Assembly: GCA_965246885.1 (NCBI GenBank)
Contig: OZ251992.1
Coordinates: 2,688,001 to 2,752,000, forward strand
Direction: 5' to 3'
Source: Abditibacterium sp.
Lineage (GTDB): Bacteria > Armatimonadota > Abditibacteriia > Abditibacteriales > Abditibacteriaceae
Length of the DNA stretch: 64,000 nucleotides
The notes under the pieces were generated by a model. That model saw only the letters and a program-made list of their open reading frames with translations, was not told where the DNA came from and did not search any database. The number at the start of each line of letters is the position of its first letter. Positions within the stretch are counted from its first letter, which is position 1. Both the position numbers and the translations under genes were made by a program. Positions 9,014-18,528 of the stretch are shown piece by piece.

Positions 9014-9877
9014 ATGAAAATCGCTTCCTTGATCCCATCGGGCACCGACATCGCGTGCGCGTTAGGGCTGGCGCCCATGCTGGTGGCCGTGTCGCACGAG
9101 TGCGACCATCCCGCCGCGCGCGGGTTGCCCATCGTCACGCGCTCGGTCATTGATTCGAGCCTGCCGCCCGCACAGATAGACGCCGATGTCAACGCTGCCG
9201 TCGAAGCGGGCCAGTCGCTGTATCTGACAAACCGCGAACTGCTCCGTGCCCTCGCGCCCGACGTAGTGCTAACGCAGACCATCTGCGACGTATGCGCCGT
9301 TAACTCCGATACGGCGCGCGCGTCGCTCCCTCCGCACGCGCAGTTGGTCAACCTGTCGGCGACGAGCTTCGCGGGCTTGTGGGCCGATTTGCGCGCCGTC
9401 GCCGACGCGACGGGGACGGACGCGGAGCCGCTTATTGAATCGTTCCGAGCGCGTTTGGAAGCGATACAGCGCGCGACCGCATCAAGCGCCGCGCCGCGCG
9501 TGCTGGTGTTGGAGTGGACGGAGCCGCCGTTTCTCGGTGGGCATTGGGTGCCTGAGATGGTGTCACTCGCGGGCGGGCAACATGTCCTAAGCGGCGCGGG
9601 AGAAGCGTCGCGGCGCGCCACGTGGGACGAAATCCGCGCCGCGCGCCCGGAGTTCGTGGTATTAGCGCCGTGCGGTTATGACTTGGCGCAAACTCTGGAA
9701 CAGGGCCGCGCCATTCGGGAAGAACTCGCCACTCTGGGCGCCCGCGAAGTGTGGGCGACGAACGCGACAGCGTTCTTCTCGCGTTGCACACCCGCGTCGG
9801 TGAATGGCGTGGAGATGCTATCGGCCATCTTTGCGGGGGCATACGAGGGCGCAGATGCGGCGCGGCTTGCCCTCTAA
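9014..9877 (+). CDS. BtuF-like cobalamin/Fe-siderophore-binding-fold protein, no signal peptide
   Basis: KIASLIPSGTDI, VSHECDHP, LTQTICDVCAV, EWTEPPFLGGHWVPEM, APCGY. Confidence 0.8.
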   Translation: MKIASLIPSGTDIACALGLAPMLVAVSHECDHPAARGLPIVTRSVIDSSLPPAQIDADVNAAVEAGQSLYLTNRELLRALAPDVVLTQTICDVCAVNSDTARASLPPHAQLVNLSATSFAGLWADLRAVADATGTDAEPLIESFRARLEAIQRATASSAAPRVLVLEWTEPPFLGGHWVPEMVSLAGGQHVLSGAGEASRRATWDEIRAARPEFVVLAPCGYDLAQTLEQGRAIREELATLGAREVWATNATAFFSRCTPASVNGVEMLSAIFAGAYEGADAARLAL

Positions 9878-9945
9878 CATCCCGCAACAACGCGGGGGCG
9901 CCAAGGGCAATGAACCACTTGGCGCCTCCGCGTCTCCGCGATAAC

Positions 9946-11934
9946 TTACAATCCGCGCGCGACTTCGACCAGATGCTCGCTCGTGATGCCCAGTTCCTTC
10001 ATGGCGGTGCCACCGGGAGCCGACAGGCCGAAGCGGTCAATGCCCACGACGGCGCCGCGCGCGCCGACGTACTTCCACCACAGGCCCGTCACGCCCGCTT
10101 CGATGGCGATGCGTTTGGTGACGGCGCGCGGCAGAACCGACTCGCGGTAGTCGGCGCTTTGGCGGTCGAAGCGCTCGGTGCAGGGCATCGAAACAACGCG
10201 GGTGCCCGCGCCCAACTGCTTGGCGGCGGCGACGGCGTGCTGGACTTCGCTGCCCGTTGCGAGCAGGATGGTGTCGAGAGCGGCGGTCTCTTTGACCAAG
10301 ACGTAGCCGCCCATCTCGACGCCTTCGCGCCGGGTTTGGCTGGAAGCGAAGGAAAGGTGCGGCACGTCTTGGCGGCTAAGCGCGAGAAGCGTCGGGCCGT
10401 CGTTGCGTCCCAAAGCGGCGAGGAAGGCGCCCGCCGTTTCCTCGGCGTCGGCGGGGCGGATGACATCGAGGTTGGGGATGAGGCGCAACGCCGACACGGT
10501 TTCGACGGGCTGGTGCGTCGGGCCGTCCTCGCCAACGCCCACGCTGTCGTGCGTGAAGATGTAAAGAACCGGCAAGTGCGCGAGCGAGGCGAGGCGAATC
10601 GAGGGGCGGCAGTAGTCGGCGAAGACGAGAAACGTCGCGCCGGAAGGACGGAACAAGCCGTCGTAGGCGATGCCGTTGAGGATCGCGCACATGCCGTGCT
10701 CGCGGATGCCGAACCAGATGTTGCGGCCCAGCACGTCCTGCTTGTTGTAGTCGTGGCCGCCCTTGATGTAGTTCTTAGTCGAGCCATACAAGTCGGCGCT
10801 GCCGGTGATGATGGAGGGCACGGCTTGCGCGAGGGCGTTGAAAATCTCGCCGCCACTGTTGCGCGTCGCGGCTTTGCCCTCGCCCTCGACGGCGGGGAGT
10901 CGGGCGCCCAAATCGGTGGGCAGGGTGCGCGTGAGGGCGGCGTCCAATTGCGCGGCCAAGTCTTTGTTCTCGATTTTCCAGCCGTCGAACATCTGCTGCC
11001 ACGTCGCGTGTTGAGCGGCTTTGTGCTGGCCGACTTCGTCGAAGTAGGCGCGCACTTCGGGCGACACGTAGAAGTGTTCGTCGGCGGGCAGGTGGAGATA
11101 TTCGCGGGCGGCGTCTATGAATTTGGCGCCCGCTTCGCCGTGCGCTTTTTGGGTGCCCTTGATTTCGGCGATGCCGCGCCCGATTTCGGTCTTGGCGATA
11201 ATGAGTTTGGGGCGCCCGTTGTCTTTGGCCTTGGCGTGTTCGATGGCGGCGTGGATTTCGTGGAAGTCGTGCCCGTTAATGGTATGCACGTCCCATTCCA
11301 GCGCCTCGAACTCCTTGGCTTTGTCCTCGGACTGGGTGATTTCGGCCATTGCGTCGAGGGTTACGCCGTTGGCGTCCCAGATAAGGATGAGGTTGTCCAA
11401 CCCGTTATGCCCCGCGAAAGTAACCGATTCGAGCGCGACGCCCTCTTGCAAACAGCCGTCGCCGCACAAGCAGACGACGTGGTAGTCGAGAATCTTCGCT
11501 TGCGCGGTGTTGTAGAGCGTTTGGGCGCGCTTGGCGGAAAGGGCGTAGCCAACGGCGTTGCCGACGCCTTGTCCGAGCGGCCCGGTAGTTGCCTCGACGC
11601 CATCGGTTTCGCCGAACTCCGGGTGTCCGGGGGTTTTGGAGTGCAACTGGCGGAAATTGGACAAGTCGTCGGCGGATAGATCATAGCCCGCGATATGGAG
11701 CCACGAATACAGAAACATCGAGCCGTGCCCGGCGGATAGAATGAACCGGTCGCGGTTAAGCCACTTGGGGTTTTTGGGATCGTATTGCAAGGCGGCGCCC
11801 CACAGCGTCGCGCCGATTTCGGCGCAGCCGAGCGGCAGGCCAAGGTGCCCGGAGTTGGACTTGTGGACGGCGTCCATAGCCAAGCCGCGCGCTTGGTTGG
11901 CGGCTTGTTCGAGAAGCGGAATGTTCATTTCCAT
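9946..11934 (-). CDS. tkt: Transketolase
   Basis: [63 protein letters not shown]. Confidence 0.97.
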   Translation of the reverse strand: MEMNIPLLEQAANQARGLAMDAVHKSNSGHLGLPLGCAEIGATLWGAALQYDPKNPKWLNRDRFILSAGHGSMFLYSWLHIAGYDLSADDLSNFRQLHSKTPGHPEFGETDGVEATTGPLGQGVGNAVGYALSAKRAQTLYNTAQAKILDYHVVCLCGDGCLQEGVALESVTFAGHNGLDNLILIWDANGVTLDAMAEITQSEDKAKEFEALEWDVHTINGHDFHEIHAAIEHAKAKDNGRPKLIIAKTEIGRGIAEIKGTQKAHGEAGAKFIDAAREYLHLPADEHFYVSPEVRAYFDEVGQHKAAQHATWQQMFDGWKIENKDLAAQLDAALTRTLPTDLGARLPAVEGEGKAATRNSGGEIFNALAQAVPSIITGSADLYGSTKNYIKGGHDYNKQDVLGRNIWFGIREHGMCAILNGIAYDGLFRPSGATFLVFADYCRPSIRLASLAHLPVLYIFTHDSVGVGEDGPTHQPVETVSALRLIPNLDVIRPADAEETAGAFLAALGRNDGPTLLALSRQDVPHLSFASSQTRREGVEMGGYVLVKETAALDTILLATGSEVQHAVAAAKQLGAGTRVVSMPCTERFDRQSADYRESVLPRAVTKRIAIEAGVTGLWWKYVGARGAVVGIDRFGLSAPGGTAMKELGITSEHLVEVARGL

Positions 11935-12000
11935 GATTTCGTGCGCGCCCAGTTTGCCGCAAAGGGAGGGCCATGCGCCAAACCCCGTAAAATTTTAGGT

Positions 12001-13410
12001 ATGTCCCGTCCGTCACCGTCCTATTCCCTCACGCTTCGCATCGAATATCCCAACCAAGTCGGCATGCTGGGCCGCATCACCTCGCTCGTGGGCGAGATGG
12101 GCGGCGACATCGGCGCCATTGATATTGTCCAAACGACCAAGGGCGCCATGACGCGCGACATCACCTTTTCGGCGTCCGACATCGCGCATGGCGAGGAGAT
12201 CATCCGCGCCGTCCGGCAAGTCGAGGACGTGGACGTGGTGGGCGTGTCCGACCGCACCTTTCTGATGCACTTGGGCGGCAAGCTGGAAGTGCACCCCAAG
12301 CACCCCATCAAAACGCGCGACGACGTTTCCATGCTCTACACCCCCGGCGTGTCGCGCATCGTCGAGAAGATCGTCGAGAACGCCGACGACGCTTGGAACT
12401 TGACTATTAAGAAGAACTTCGTCGCCGTCGTGACCGACGGGAGCGAGGTGCTTGGGCTGGGCGCGGCAGGCCCGCAAGCGGCGCTTCCCGTCATGGAAGC
12501 CAAGGCCATCCTACTGCGCGAGTTCGCCGGGGTGGACGGCTTTCCGCTTCCGCTCAACGTCCAAGGCGACGACGAATTTGTGGCGGCAGTCAAGGCGATT
12601 GCGCCCAGTTTCGGCGCCATTCACCTCGAAGACATCCGCGCGCCGCGCTGTTTCCGCTTGGAAAAACGCCTGAGCGAGGCGCTGGACATCCCCGTCTTTC
12701 ACAACGACCAACACGGCACCGCCATTGTCGCGCTCGCTGGGCTAATGAACGCCCTCAAACTCGTCGGCAAAGACGCTGTAAGGCTGCGCGTCGTCATCAA
12801 CGGGGCGGAAGCGGCGGGCGTGGCGACGGCGACCTTGCTGCGCTCGTTTGGCGTGCGCGACATTATCGTGTGCGACGAAGACGGCATCCTCAGCCGCACC
12901 CAAAGCGACGAAACGCTGTATGACCTCGCGCAAACCACCAACCCGCGCGCCGTCGCGGGCACCATCGAAGACGCCTTGAAGGGAGCCGACGTGCTACTCG
13001 GCTTCGGGCGCCGCCGCGTCCTCGAACCGGCCTCGGTTGCCGCCATGAACGCCGACCCGATTGTGTTCGCAATGGCCAACCCGTATCCCGAAGTCGAACC
13101 CGCCGGAATTGAGCGCATCGCCCGCGTCATTGCGACCGGCAAATCGGATTTCCCCAACCAAATCAACAACATGCTCGCCTTTCCCGGCGTGTTTCGCGGT
13201 CTGCTCGATTCGCGCGCGCGCGGCGTCAACGACGCCATGAAATTAGCCGCCGCCTCAGCCATCGCGGGCGTCGTGGGCGCCGACGAACTCAACGAGGATT
13301 ACATCATCCCCAGCGTTTTCAACCGCCGCGTCGCCCCCGCCGTTGGCCGCGCCGTCGCCAAAGCCGCGCAGGAAACGGGCTTGGCCCGCCGCGTAAGTCG
13401 CATTGCGTAA
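12001..13410 (+). CDS. ACT-domain NAD(P)-dependent malic enzyme homolog (divergent motifs)
   Basis: N-terminal ACT (LRIEYPNQVGMLGRI), YTPGV, VTDGSEVLGLG, LEDI, AMANPYPE, ATGKSDFPNQINN. Confidence 0.9.
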   Translation: MSRPSPSYSLTLRIEYPNQVGMLGRITSLVGEMGGDIGAIDIVQTTKGAMTRDITFSASDIAHGEEIIRAVRQVEDVDVVGVSDRTFLMHLGGKLEVHPKHPIKTRDDVSMLYTPGVSRIVEKIVENADDAWNLTIKKNFVAVVTDGSEVLGLGAAGPQAALPVMEAKAILLREFAGVDGFPLPLNVQGDDEFVAAVKAIAPSFGAIHLEDIRAPRCFRLEKRLSEALDIPVFHNDQHGTAIVALAGLMNALKLVGKDAVRLRVVINGAEAAGVATATLLRSFGVRDIIVCDEDGILSRTQSDETLYDLAQTTNPRAVAGTIEDALKGADVLLGFGRRRVLEPASVAAMNADPIVFAMANPYPEVEPAGIERIARVIATGKSDFPNQINNMLAFPGVFRGLLDSRARGVNDAMKLAAASAIAGVVGADELNEDYIIPSVFNRRVAPAVGRAVAKAAQETGLARRVSRIA

Positions 13411-13431
13411 ATTTTAACGGGAGTTCCAATC

Positions 13432-13638
13432 ATGCCATTCAAACCAACGCTCCGCGCCCTATCCAACCCGGAAGTCGGCGCACGCAAGAACGTCTGAAAA
13501 GAGAAACCGGATGCCTTCGTCGCGGAGTTGGAAGAGATTAACCGGCAAATGGCCGCCGACCAAGCGGAGAGCGAGCGTATAGGGGCACGCATAGACGCCA
13601 ACCTCACCCGAATCAAAGAGATTTGGGGGACAAAGTAG
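13432..13638 (+). pseudogene. 68-codon small ORF with in-frame TGA at codon 22
   Basis: GGAG RBS + ATG 13432, TGA 13495-13497, coiled-coil-like frame continues to TAG 13636-13638. Confidence 0.5.
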
Positions 13639-13663
13639 CCCTGTGGAAAGGTGTCTGGGAAGC

Positions 13664-13743
13664 CGTCATCCTGAGCCTGCGAATGATCTACAATCACGCC
13701 ATCCGCTCAGGAACTGTAGCCCCTTCGCAGGCTCAGGATGACG
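13664..13743. repeat. REP-like element with perfect 20-bp terminal inverted repeats
   Basis: CGTCATCCTGAGCCTGCGAA ... TTCGCAGGCTCAGGATGACG. Confidence 0.8.
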
Positions 13744-13805
13744 ATGTTTGCGACTTGGCGTGATGAAGAGTTGCGGCTACAGTTATTAAGGGCAAGCGAA
13801 TCCTC

Positions 13806-15158
13806 TTACACCGGGAGTTGGAACCAGAAGATGCTCCCGCGCCCGACTTCGGAGTGGACGCCAATTGAGCCGCCGTGCGCTTCGACGGCTAATTTGCAAA
13901 AGGTAAGTCCCAAGCCCGTCGAGTGCTTGACGCCGTTCTGCCGGGTTTGGACTTGGCCGAACTTGTCGAAGATGCGCCCCAAATCTTCGGCGGGGATGCC
14001 CTCGCCGTTGTCCTGCACCTCGAAGCGCACACCGGCCTCCACAGCGCGGGCACGGATGAGAACCCTCCCATCGGGCGGCGTGAATTTCAGAGCATTGCCG
14101 ATGAGGTTAATCAGGACGCGCTCAATGAGGTCGTGGTCGGCAAAGAGTTCCAAATCGGGCGCGACGACGACATGAATGGGCGCGGTTGAGTCATCGTCCT
14201 CGTGCTTGGCTTGCGCGCAGGCGGCTTGGAGTAGCGCGGGGACGGGAAAGCGCGAGCGGTGCAACTTCATCTCGCCCGCTTCGAGCTTGGAAATGTCGAG
14301 CAGGCCGTTCACCATCTTCAGAAGGCGCGCGCCGGACTGCGCGGAGATTTCCACGACCTCCTTTTGCGTTTCATCGAGCGGGCCGAGCGTTTCCGCGCTC
14401 AGCATTTGAAGCGGCCCAATCAGCGTGGTGAGCGGCGTTCGCAGGTCGTGGACGAGCATTTGCGACAGGGAATCGCGCAAATCTTCCGCGCGTTTGAGGT
14501 CGCGCACCGTGTTCTCCAATTGGCGATTCTGCCGCGAGGCTTGCAGCAGCATCGCCGAAATCAGCAGCACGAACACGACGTTGGTACCCGTCGCGATCCA
14601 GAAGGTGCGAAAAGCGTCTTGCGCCGAGTCGCTCGATTCCCCGGTGCGTTGCGCCAACAGTTCATCCTCGCGCTCGTGCATTCTGGTGGCGAGGGCGCGG
14701 ATGGCGTCCATCTCTTTTTTATCCCGCCCAGTGAAATGCGCGGCAGCGCTCGCGCCATTGATACGGCGCAGGCGGATGGCACTGTGCGTGGACGCGCTCA
14801 AAGTCCCGACAGCCCCGCGCAGAAGCGGCAAGTTTTGTTCTTGCTGCGGGTCGACGGTGGTGCTTTCAAGCGCCGTCAGCGCCGCGTCGATCTTGGAATC
14901 CGCTTCCCGGAGCGGCGCCACGTAACTCTCGTCGCCTGTGAGCAAAAAGCCGCGTTGCTCGGTTTCGATGTCTTTGGCGAGCGAGACGATCTCTTCGATT
15001 TGCGCTTCGGTCTCGAAGGTTTGCGCCACCAAGTGCTGGTTGCGAATCAAACGCGTGATGTTCCAATAGGCGACAAAGGCGTTGGTTGCAAGTGTCAGCA
15101 AGACCAACACGCCAATAAGCAAATGGCTGCGACGAAGCGAGAACATCGTGGGAGACAC
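13806..15158 (-). CDS. CHASE3-type sensor histidine kinase
   Basis: TM-ETEQRGFLLTGDESY-TM; HDLRTPL H-box; NLIGNALKFT, VQDNGEGI, STGLGL. Confidence 0.93.
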   Translation of the reverse strand: MSPTMFSLRRSHLLIGVLVLLTLATNAFVAYWNITRLIRNQHLVAQTFETEAQIEEIVSLAKDIETEQRGFLLTGDESYVAPLREADSKIDAALTALESTTVDPQQEQNLPLLRGAVGTLSASTHSAIRLRRINGASAAAHFTGRDKKEMDAIRALATRMHEREDELLAQRTGESSDSAQDAFRTFWIATGTNVVFVLLISAMLLQASRQNRQLENTVRDLKRAEDLRDSLSQMLVHDLRTPLTTLIGPLQMLSAETLGPLDETQKEVVEISAQSGARLLKMVNGLLDISKLEAGEMKLHRSRFPVPALLQAACAQAKHEDDDSTAPIHVVVAPDLELFADHDLIERVLINLIGNALKFTPPDGRVLIRARAVEAGVRFEVQDNGEGIPAEDLGRIFDKFGQVQTRQNGVKHSTGLGLTFCKLAVEAHGGSIGVHSEVGRGSIFWFQLPV

Positions 15159-15191
15159 AAAGGATAAAGCAATCCGAGGCGCGGCGCTCCC

Positions 15192-15812
15192 TCAAACCCT
15201 CTTGGCGTTGCCCACCGGACTGCTGCCCGTAACATCCAGCACACGGTCGCACATCACCAAGTCACGCGCGTCGTTGGTCGCCAACAGCGTCACCCCGCGC
15301 GGGCGATGCTCCCTGACCAACTGCTCCACTAAACTGCGCCCCGCGTCATCGAGGTTGGCGGTCGGTTCGTCCAATAGCAAAATAGGATGGCCATTTTCGG
15401 CGAAATATGCCGCGACGCATAGCCCCAACCGCGCGCGCAAGCCCGACGACAAATCGCCCGCCAAATCGCCCGCGCGCGTTCCTAAATCGAAGCGTGCCAA
15501 GTGCGCGCGTAGCGTTTCGGGGTCGGCCTCCCCCGCAAAAAAGGCGAGGTTCTCCAAACATGACAGTTCCCGGTAAAGCGGCGCGTCGGGCGCGCACAAA
15601 GCGCACTGGCCGCGCGTCGTTGCGCCATTCCACGCGATACTTCCGCGCGAGGGAACGATCAAACCGGCGACAATGCGAAGCAAAGTGGACTTACCCGCGC
15701 CGTTACGCCCGACGATGCCCAATACTTCGCCCACCGCAACGTCAAACGAGGCATCGCGTAGCACCACGCGCACTCCAAAACGGTGGCCAATGTTTTGGGC
15801 GCGCAAAGTCAT
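15192..15812 (-). CDS. ABC transporter ATP-binding protein (CcmA-like)
   Basis: GRNGAGKST, LSSGLRAR, LLLDEP; ATG at 15812. Confidence 0.85.
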   Translation of the reverse strand: MTLRAQNIGHRFGVRVVLRDASFDVAVGEVLGIVGRNGAGKSTLLRIVAGLIVPSRGSIAWNGATTRGQCALCAPDAPLYRELSCLENLAFFAGEADPETLRAHLARFDLGTRAGDLAGDLSSGLRARLGLCVAAYFAENGHPILLLDEPTANLDDAGRSLVEQLVREHRPRGVTLLATNDARDLVMCDRVLDVTGSSPVGNAKRV

Positions 15813-15891
15813 GGGACAAAAGGATAGACGCCGCGCGCCCATGCGTTTAAGCTGTATCGGCCAATTGGCCAAAGGAACACCGAAAAACTCT

Positions 15892-16293
15892 ATGGAACAA
15901 ACGCTCATTGTCCTCAAACCCGACGCCGTTTCGCGCGGCTTGTGCGGCGACATCCTCGCCCGCTTTGAAAAGCGCGGCTTTGCCATCGCGCAGATGAAAC
16001 TGCTCACCGTCACCCGCGAACTCGCCGAAGAACATTACGCCGAGCACAAGGAAAAGCCGTTCTTTCCCGGCTTGGTGGACTTCATCACCAGTTCGCCCAG
16101 CCTCGCAATGGTGCTCGAAGGCCAAAACGCCATCACGCTTTCGCGCGCGATGATTGGCGCCACCAACCCGCTCGACGCCAACCCCGCCACCATTCGCGGC
16201 ACCTACACAAGCGATAAGCAACTCAACCTCGTGCACGGCTCCGATTCCCCCGAAGCGGCAGCGCGCGAAATAAAACTCTGGTTCGGAGCCTAA
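15892..16293 (+). CDS. ndk: Nucleoside-diphosphate kinase
   Basis: MEQTLIVLKPDAV, HYAEH, GATNP, NLVHGSDS. Confidence 0.97.
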   Translation: MEQTLIVLKPDAVSRGLCGDILARFEKRGFAIAQMKLLTVTRELAEEHYAEHKEKPFFPGLVDFITSSPSLAMVLEGQNAITLSRAMIGATNPLDANPATIRGTYTSDKQLNLVHGSDSPEAAAREIKLWFGA

Positions 16294-16308
16294 ACCCCAA
16301 GGCCCAGA

Positions 16309-16932
16309 TTAGACTAACGGCAAGTCATCGTCGCCCGGAATGGCGCACAGGCGGGCGACGATGTCGGCGTCCCACCAGCCGCGCCGCGCTTCGTCTTCGA
16401 GGATTTCCATCGCTTCCTCGTGCGAGAACGCCTCGCGGTAGGCGCGCTCGCAACGCAAGGTGTCATAGACGTCGGTGACGCTCAAAATCCGCACGGCGAG
16501 CGACAGTTGCGCGCCGGACAGAGCGTCGGGGTAGCCGCTCCCATCTAATTTTTCGTGATGGGAGCGGATGAGCGGCAACGCGGGCGCAAGTTCGGCAATA
16601 GGGGCGCAAATCGCCTCGCCCAACTGGGGGTGCAAGCGCATTTCGGCGAACTCTTCGGGCGAAAGCCCCGTCGGTTTGAGCAAGATGGCGTCGGGCACGC
16701 CGATATTACCGATGTCATGGAGCAAAGCGCCCAGCGCGAGAGTGTGGCGTTGTTCGGGCGAAAGTCCAAGCGTAGCAGCGATGGCGTCAGCGAAGTCAGC
16801 GACGCGCTCACAATGCGAGCGGAGCGTCGCATCGCGCGCGTCCATGCATAACAGTAGCGACTCGACCGTGCCCGCGAGCAGGTTGGTCGAAGAAAGGAGG
16901 AGCGGCGAAGACGCCGTGAATAGTGCGCTCAT
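16309..16932 (-). CDS. Stand-alone HD-GYP domain protein
   Basis: HCERV, LLHDIG, HHEKLDGSGYPD, DVYD; probable ATG at 16932. Confidence 0.88.
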   Translation of the reverse strand: MSALFTASSPLLLSSTNLLAGTVESLLLCMDARDATLRSHCERVADFADAIAATLGLSPEQRHTLALGALLHDIGNIGVPDAILLKPTGLSPEEFAEMRLHPQLGEAICAPIAELAPALPLIRSHHEKLDGSGYPDALSGAQLSLAVRILSVTDVYDTLRCERAYREAFSHEEAMEILEDEARRGWWDADIVARLCAIPGDDDLPLV

Positions 16933-17039
16933 AAAAAGCGGCGCGTCGCCCCGGCCAACGTCGCCGCTTCCCGCTCCAGACAACTTTCTCGCCAATTGAA
17001 CGCGCTCAACGCCCGCTCCGCCGCCGCCGGCGGACGAAT

Positions 17040-17190
17040 CGCCGCCGTCTGCCACCCAATAATAGACGTCTGTCATTGAATCCCAGACGTGTGCCGTTCA
17101 CTGACAGAGGTCTGTCATTGAGTCCCGCACGTCCGCCGTTCAGTCCCAGACGTCTGCCGTTCAGTGGCAAAGGTCTGCCACTGCGTCGCC
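17040..17190. repeat. 21-bp-period degenerate tandem array, family A (7 units)
   Basis: Units at 17040, 17061, 17082, 17103, 17124, 17145, 17166; core CAGACGTCTG. Confidence 0.9.
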
Positions 17191-17202
17191 GCCGCCCCGC
17201 GT

Positions 17203-18501
17203 TTAGGAGCGGAGGACGCCGCGAAAGTCGGCGGCGGAGATTTTGTAGTTCGGGAAGACGCTGGAGAGGTCAGCCACGCCCAATTGCTTGTGCGCCACCT
17301 CGCCAAAAACGCGGCGGAAGTCGGTCGTCACAGCCAAGTCCCGCCCCTCGTTGAGTTGGTCGGGGGCAAGTCCCGGCCAGTCGCCCAGCACTTTCCCACC
17401 CGCCACGTTGCCACCCATCGCAAGGAAGACGGTGCCATGCCCGTGATCCGTCCCACCGTCGCCGTTTTGGCGCGCGGTGCGGCCAAATTCGCTCATGGTC
17501 AGAACGGTTACGTCCCCCATGCGGTCGCCCAAGTCGGCGTAGAACGCGGCCAAGGCCGCTCCGAGATCGCCCAACTTGCGCCCCAATTGTCCGCCCGCGC
17601 CGCCTTGCGCGACATGGGTGTCCCAGCCGCCCGCTTCGGCGAAAGCGACTTCTAAGCCGAGGTCGGCCTTGATGAGTTGGGCGATTTGGCTCAGCGACTG
17701 GCCAAGCGGCGAGCGCCCGTAGTTGGCGCCGCCAGCCGGTTTGTAGTGCGCGGGGTCGAGGCCGTTCAGCGTTTTGACCGCATCGAAAGTTTCGGCCCCG
17801 GCGCCGTGCAACACGTCGCCAACGGCCCCGGCATAGAGCGCCTCGAAGCCGCCCGACGTATCGCCGCCAATGTTCATGGCGCGCCCGTCGCGCCCGATGC
17901 CAAAGGTTTGCAAATTGGGGATGGCGAGGGCGTCTTTGTCGCCGTCGAGCGAGCGCGGGACTTGGGCGGTGAGAGAAACCGTCGAGATTTTGCCGTTGCG
18001 CGCATCTTCCGGGCAAGCGGCCAAGGCGCGCGTCAGCCAGCCGGTCGAAACGCCCTTGTTGCCGGGCGCGGCGCTTTCCATGTAGTCCTGCGCGTCGAAG
18101 TGCGAGCGCGTCGGGTTGGGCGAGCCGACGGCGTGGATGGCGCCCAAATGCCCCGCCTTGTAGATGGGCGCAAGCATCGAAAGCGCCGGATTGAAGCCGA
18201 AATGTCCGTCCAAGTCCACGACGCCGCCCTCGCCGGTGCGGGCGAGGGCAATGCCCGCGCCGCCGACCGAACGCAAGTTGTAGTAGTTCGCGTCGCCGTG
18301 CGGGACGACGACGCTTAGGCCGTCCACCGCGCCGCGCAGGAAGATGCAGACGAGGGTTTTGCGCCCCGCGCCCGCCCCGCCGCGCGCGTCGTCGGCCCAC
18401 ACCGCGCGCCGCAAGAACTGCGGCCCCAGCGCCGGGAGGATGCCGACGGACGCGAGCGCCATTGCCCCGCTTTTGAGAAAAATTCGACGTGTTGTTTTCA
18501 T
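17203..18501 (-). CDS. DUF1501 family Tat-exported protein
   Basis: TRRIFLK twin-Arg signal, FLRGAVDGL, RSHFDAQD, GGWDTH, SEFGRT, GTDHG. Confidence 0.9.
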   Translation of the reverse strand: MKTTRRIFLKSGAMALASVGILPALGPQFLRRAVWADDARGGAGAGRKTLVCIFLRGAVDGLSVVVPHGDANYYNLRSVGGAGIALARTGEGGVVDLDGHFGFNPALSMLAPIYKAGHLGAIHAVGSPNPTRSHFDAQDYMESAAPGNKGVSTGWLTRALAACPEDARNGKISTVSLTAQVPRSLDGDKDALAIPNLQTFGIGRDGRAMNIGGDTSGGFEALYAGAVGDVLHGAGAETFDAVKTLNGLDPAHYKPAGGANYGRSPLGQSLSQIAQLIKADLGLEVAFAEAGGWDTHVAQGGAGGQLGRKLGDLGAALAAFYADLGDRMGDVTVLTMSEFGRTARQNGDGGTDHGHGTVFLAMGGNVAGGKVLGDWPGLAPDQLNEGRDLAVTTDFRRVFGEVAHKQLGVADLSSVFPNYKISAADFRGVLRS

Positions 18502-18528
18502 GGTTGATTCCTCGACTGATTCGATCTC

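Noticed and set aside
9751..11679. 642-aa ORF antisense to tkt (also long antisense ORFs over aspS, pyc, clpX, DUF455 etc.)
   Set aside because: Typical shadow ORFs from GC-rich codon bias; no motifs, and they fully overlap well-supported genes.
13495..13560. Selenocysteine recoding of the in-frame TGA
   Set aside because: No convincing SECIS hairpin and no redox-motif context.
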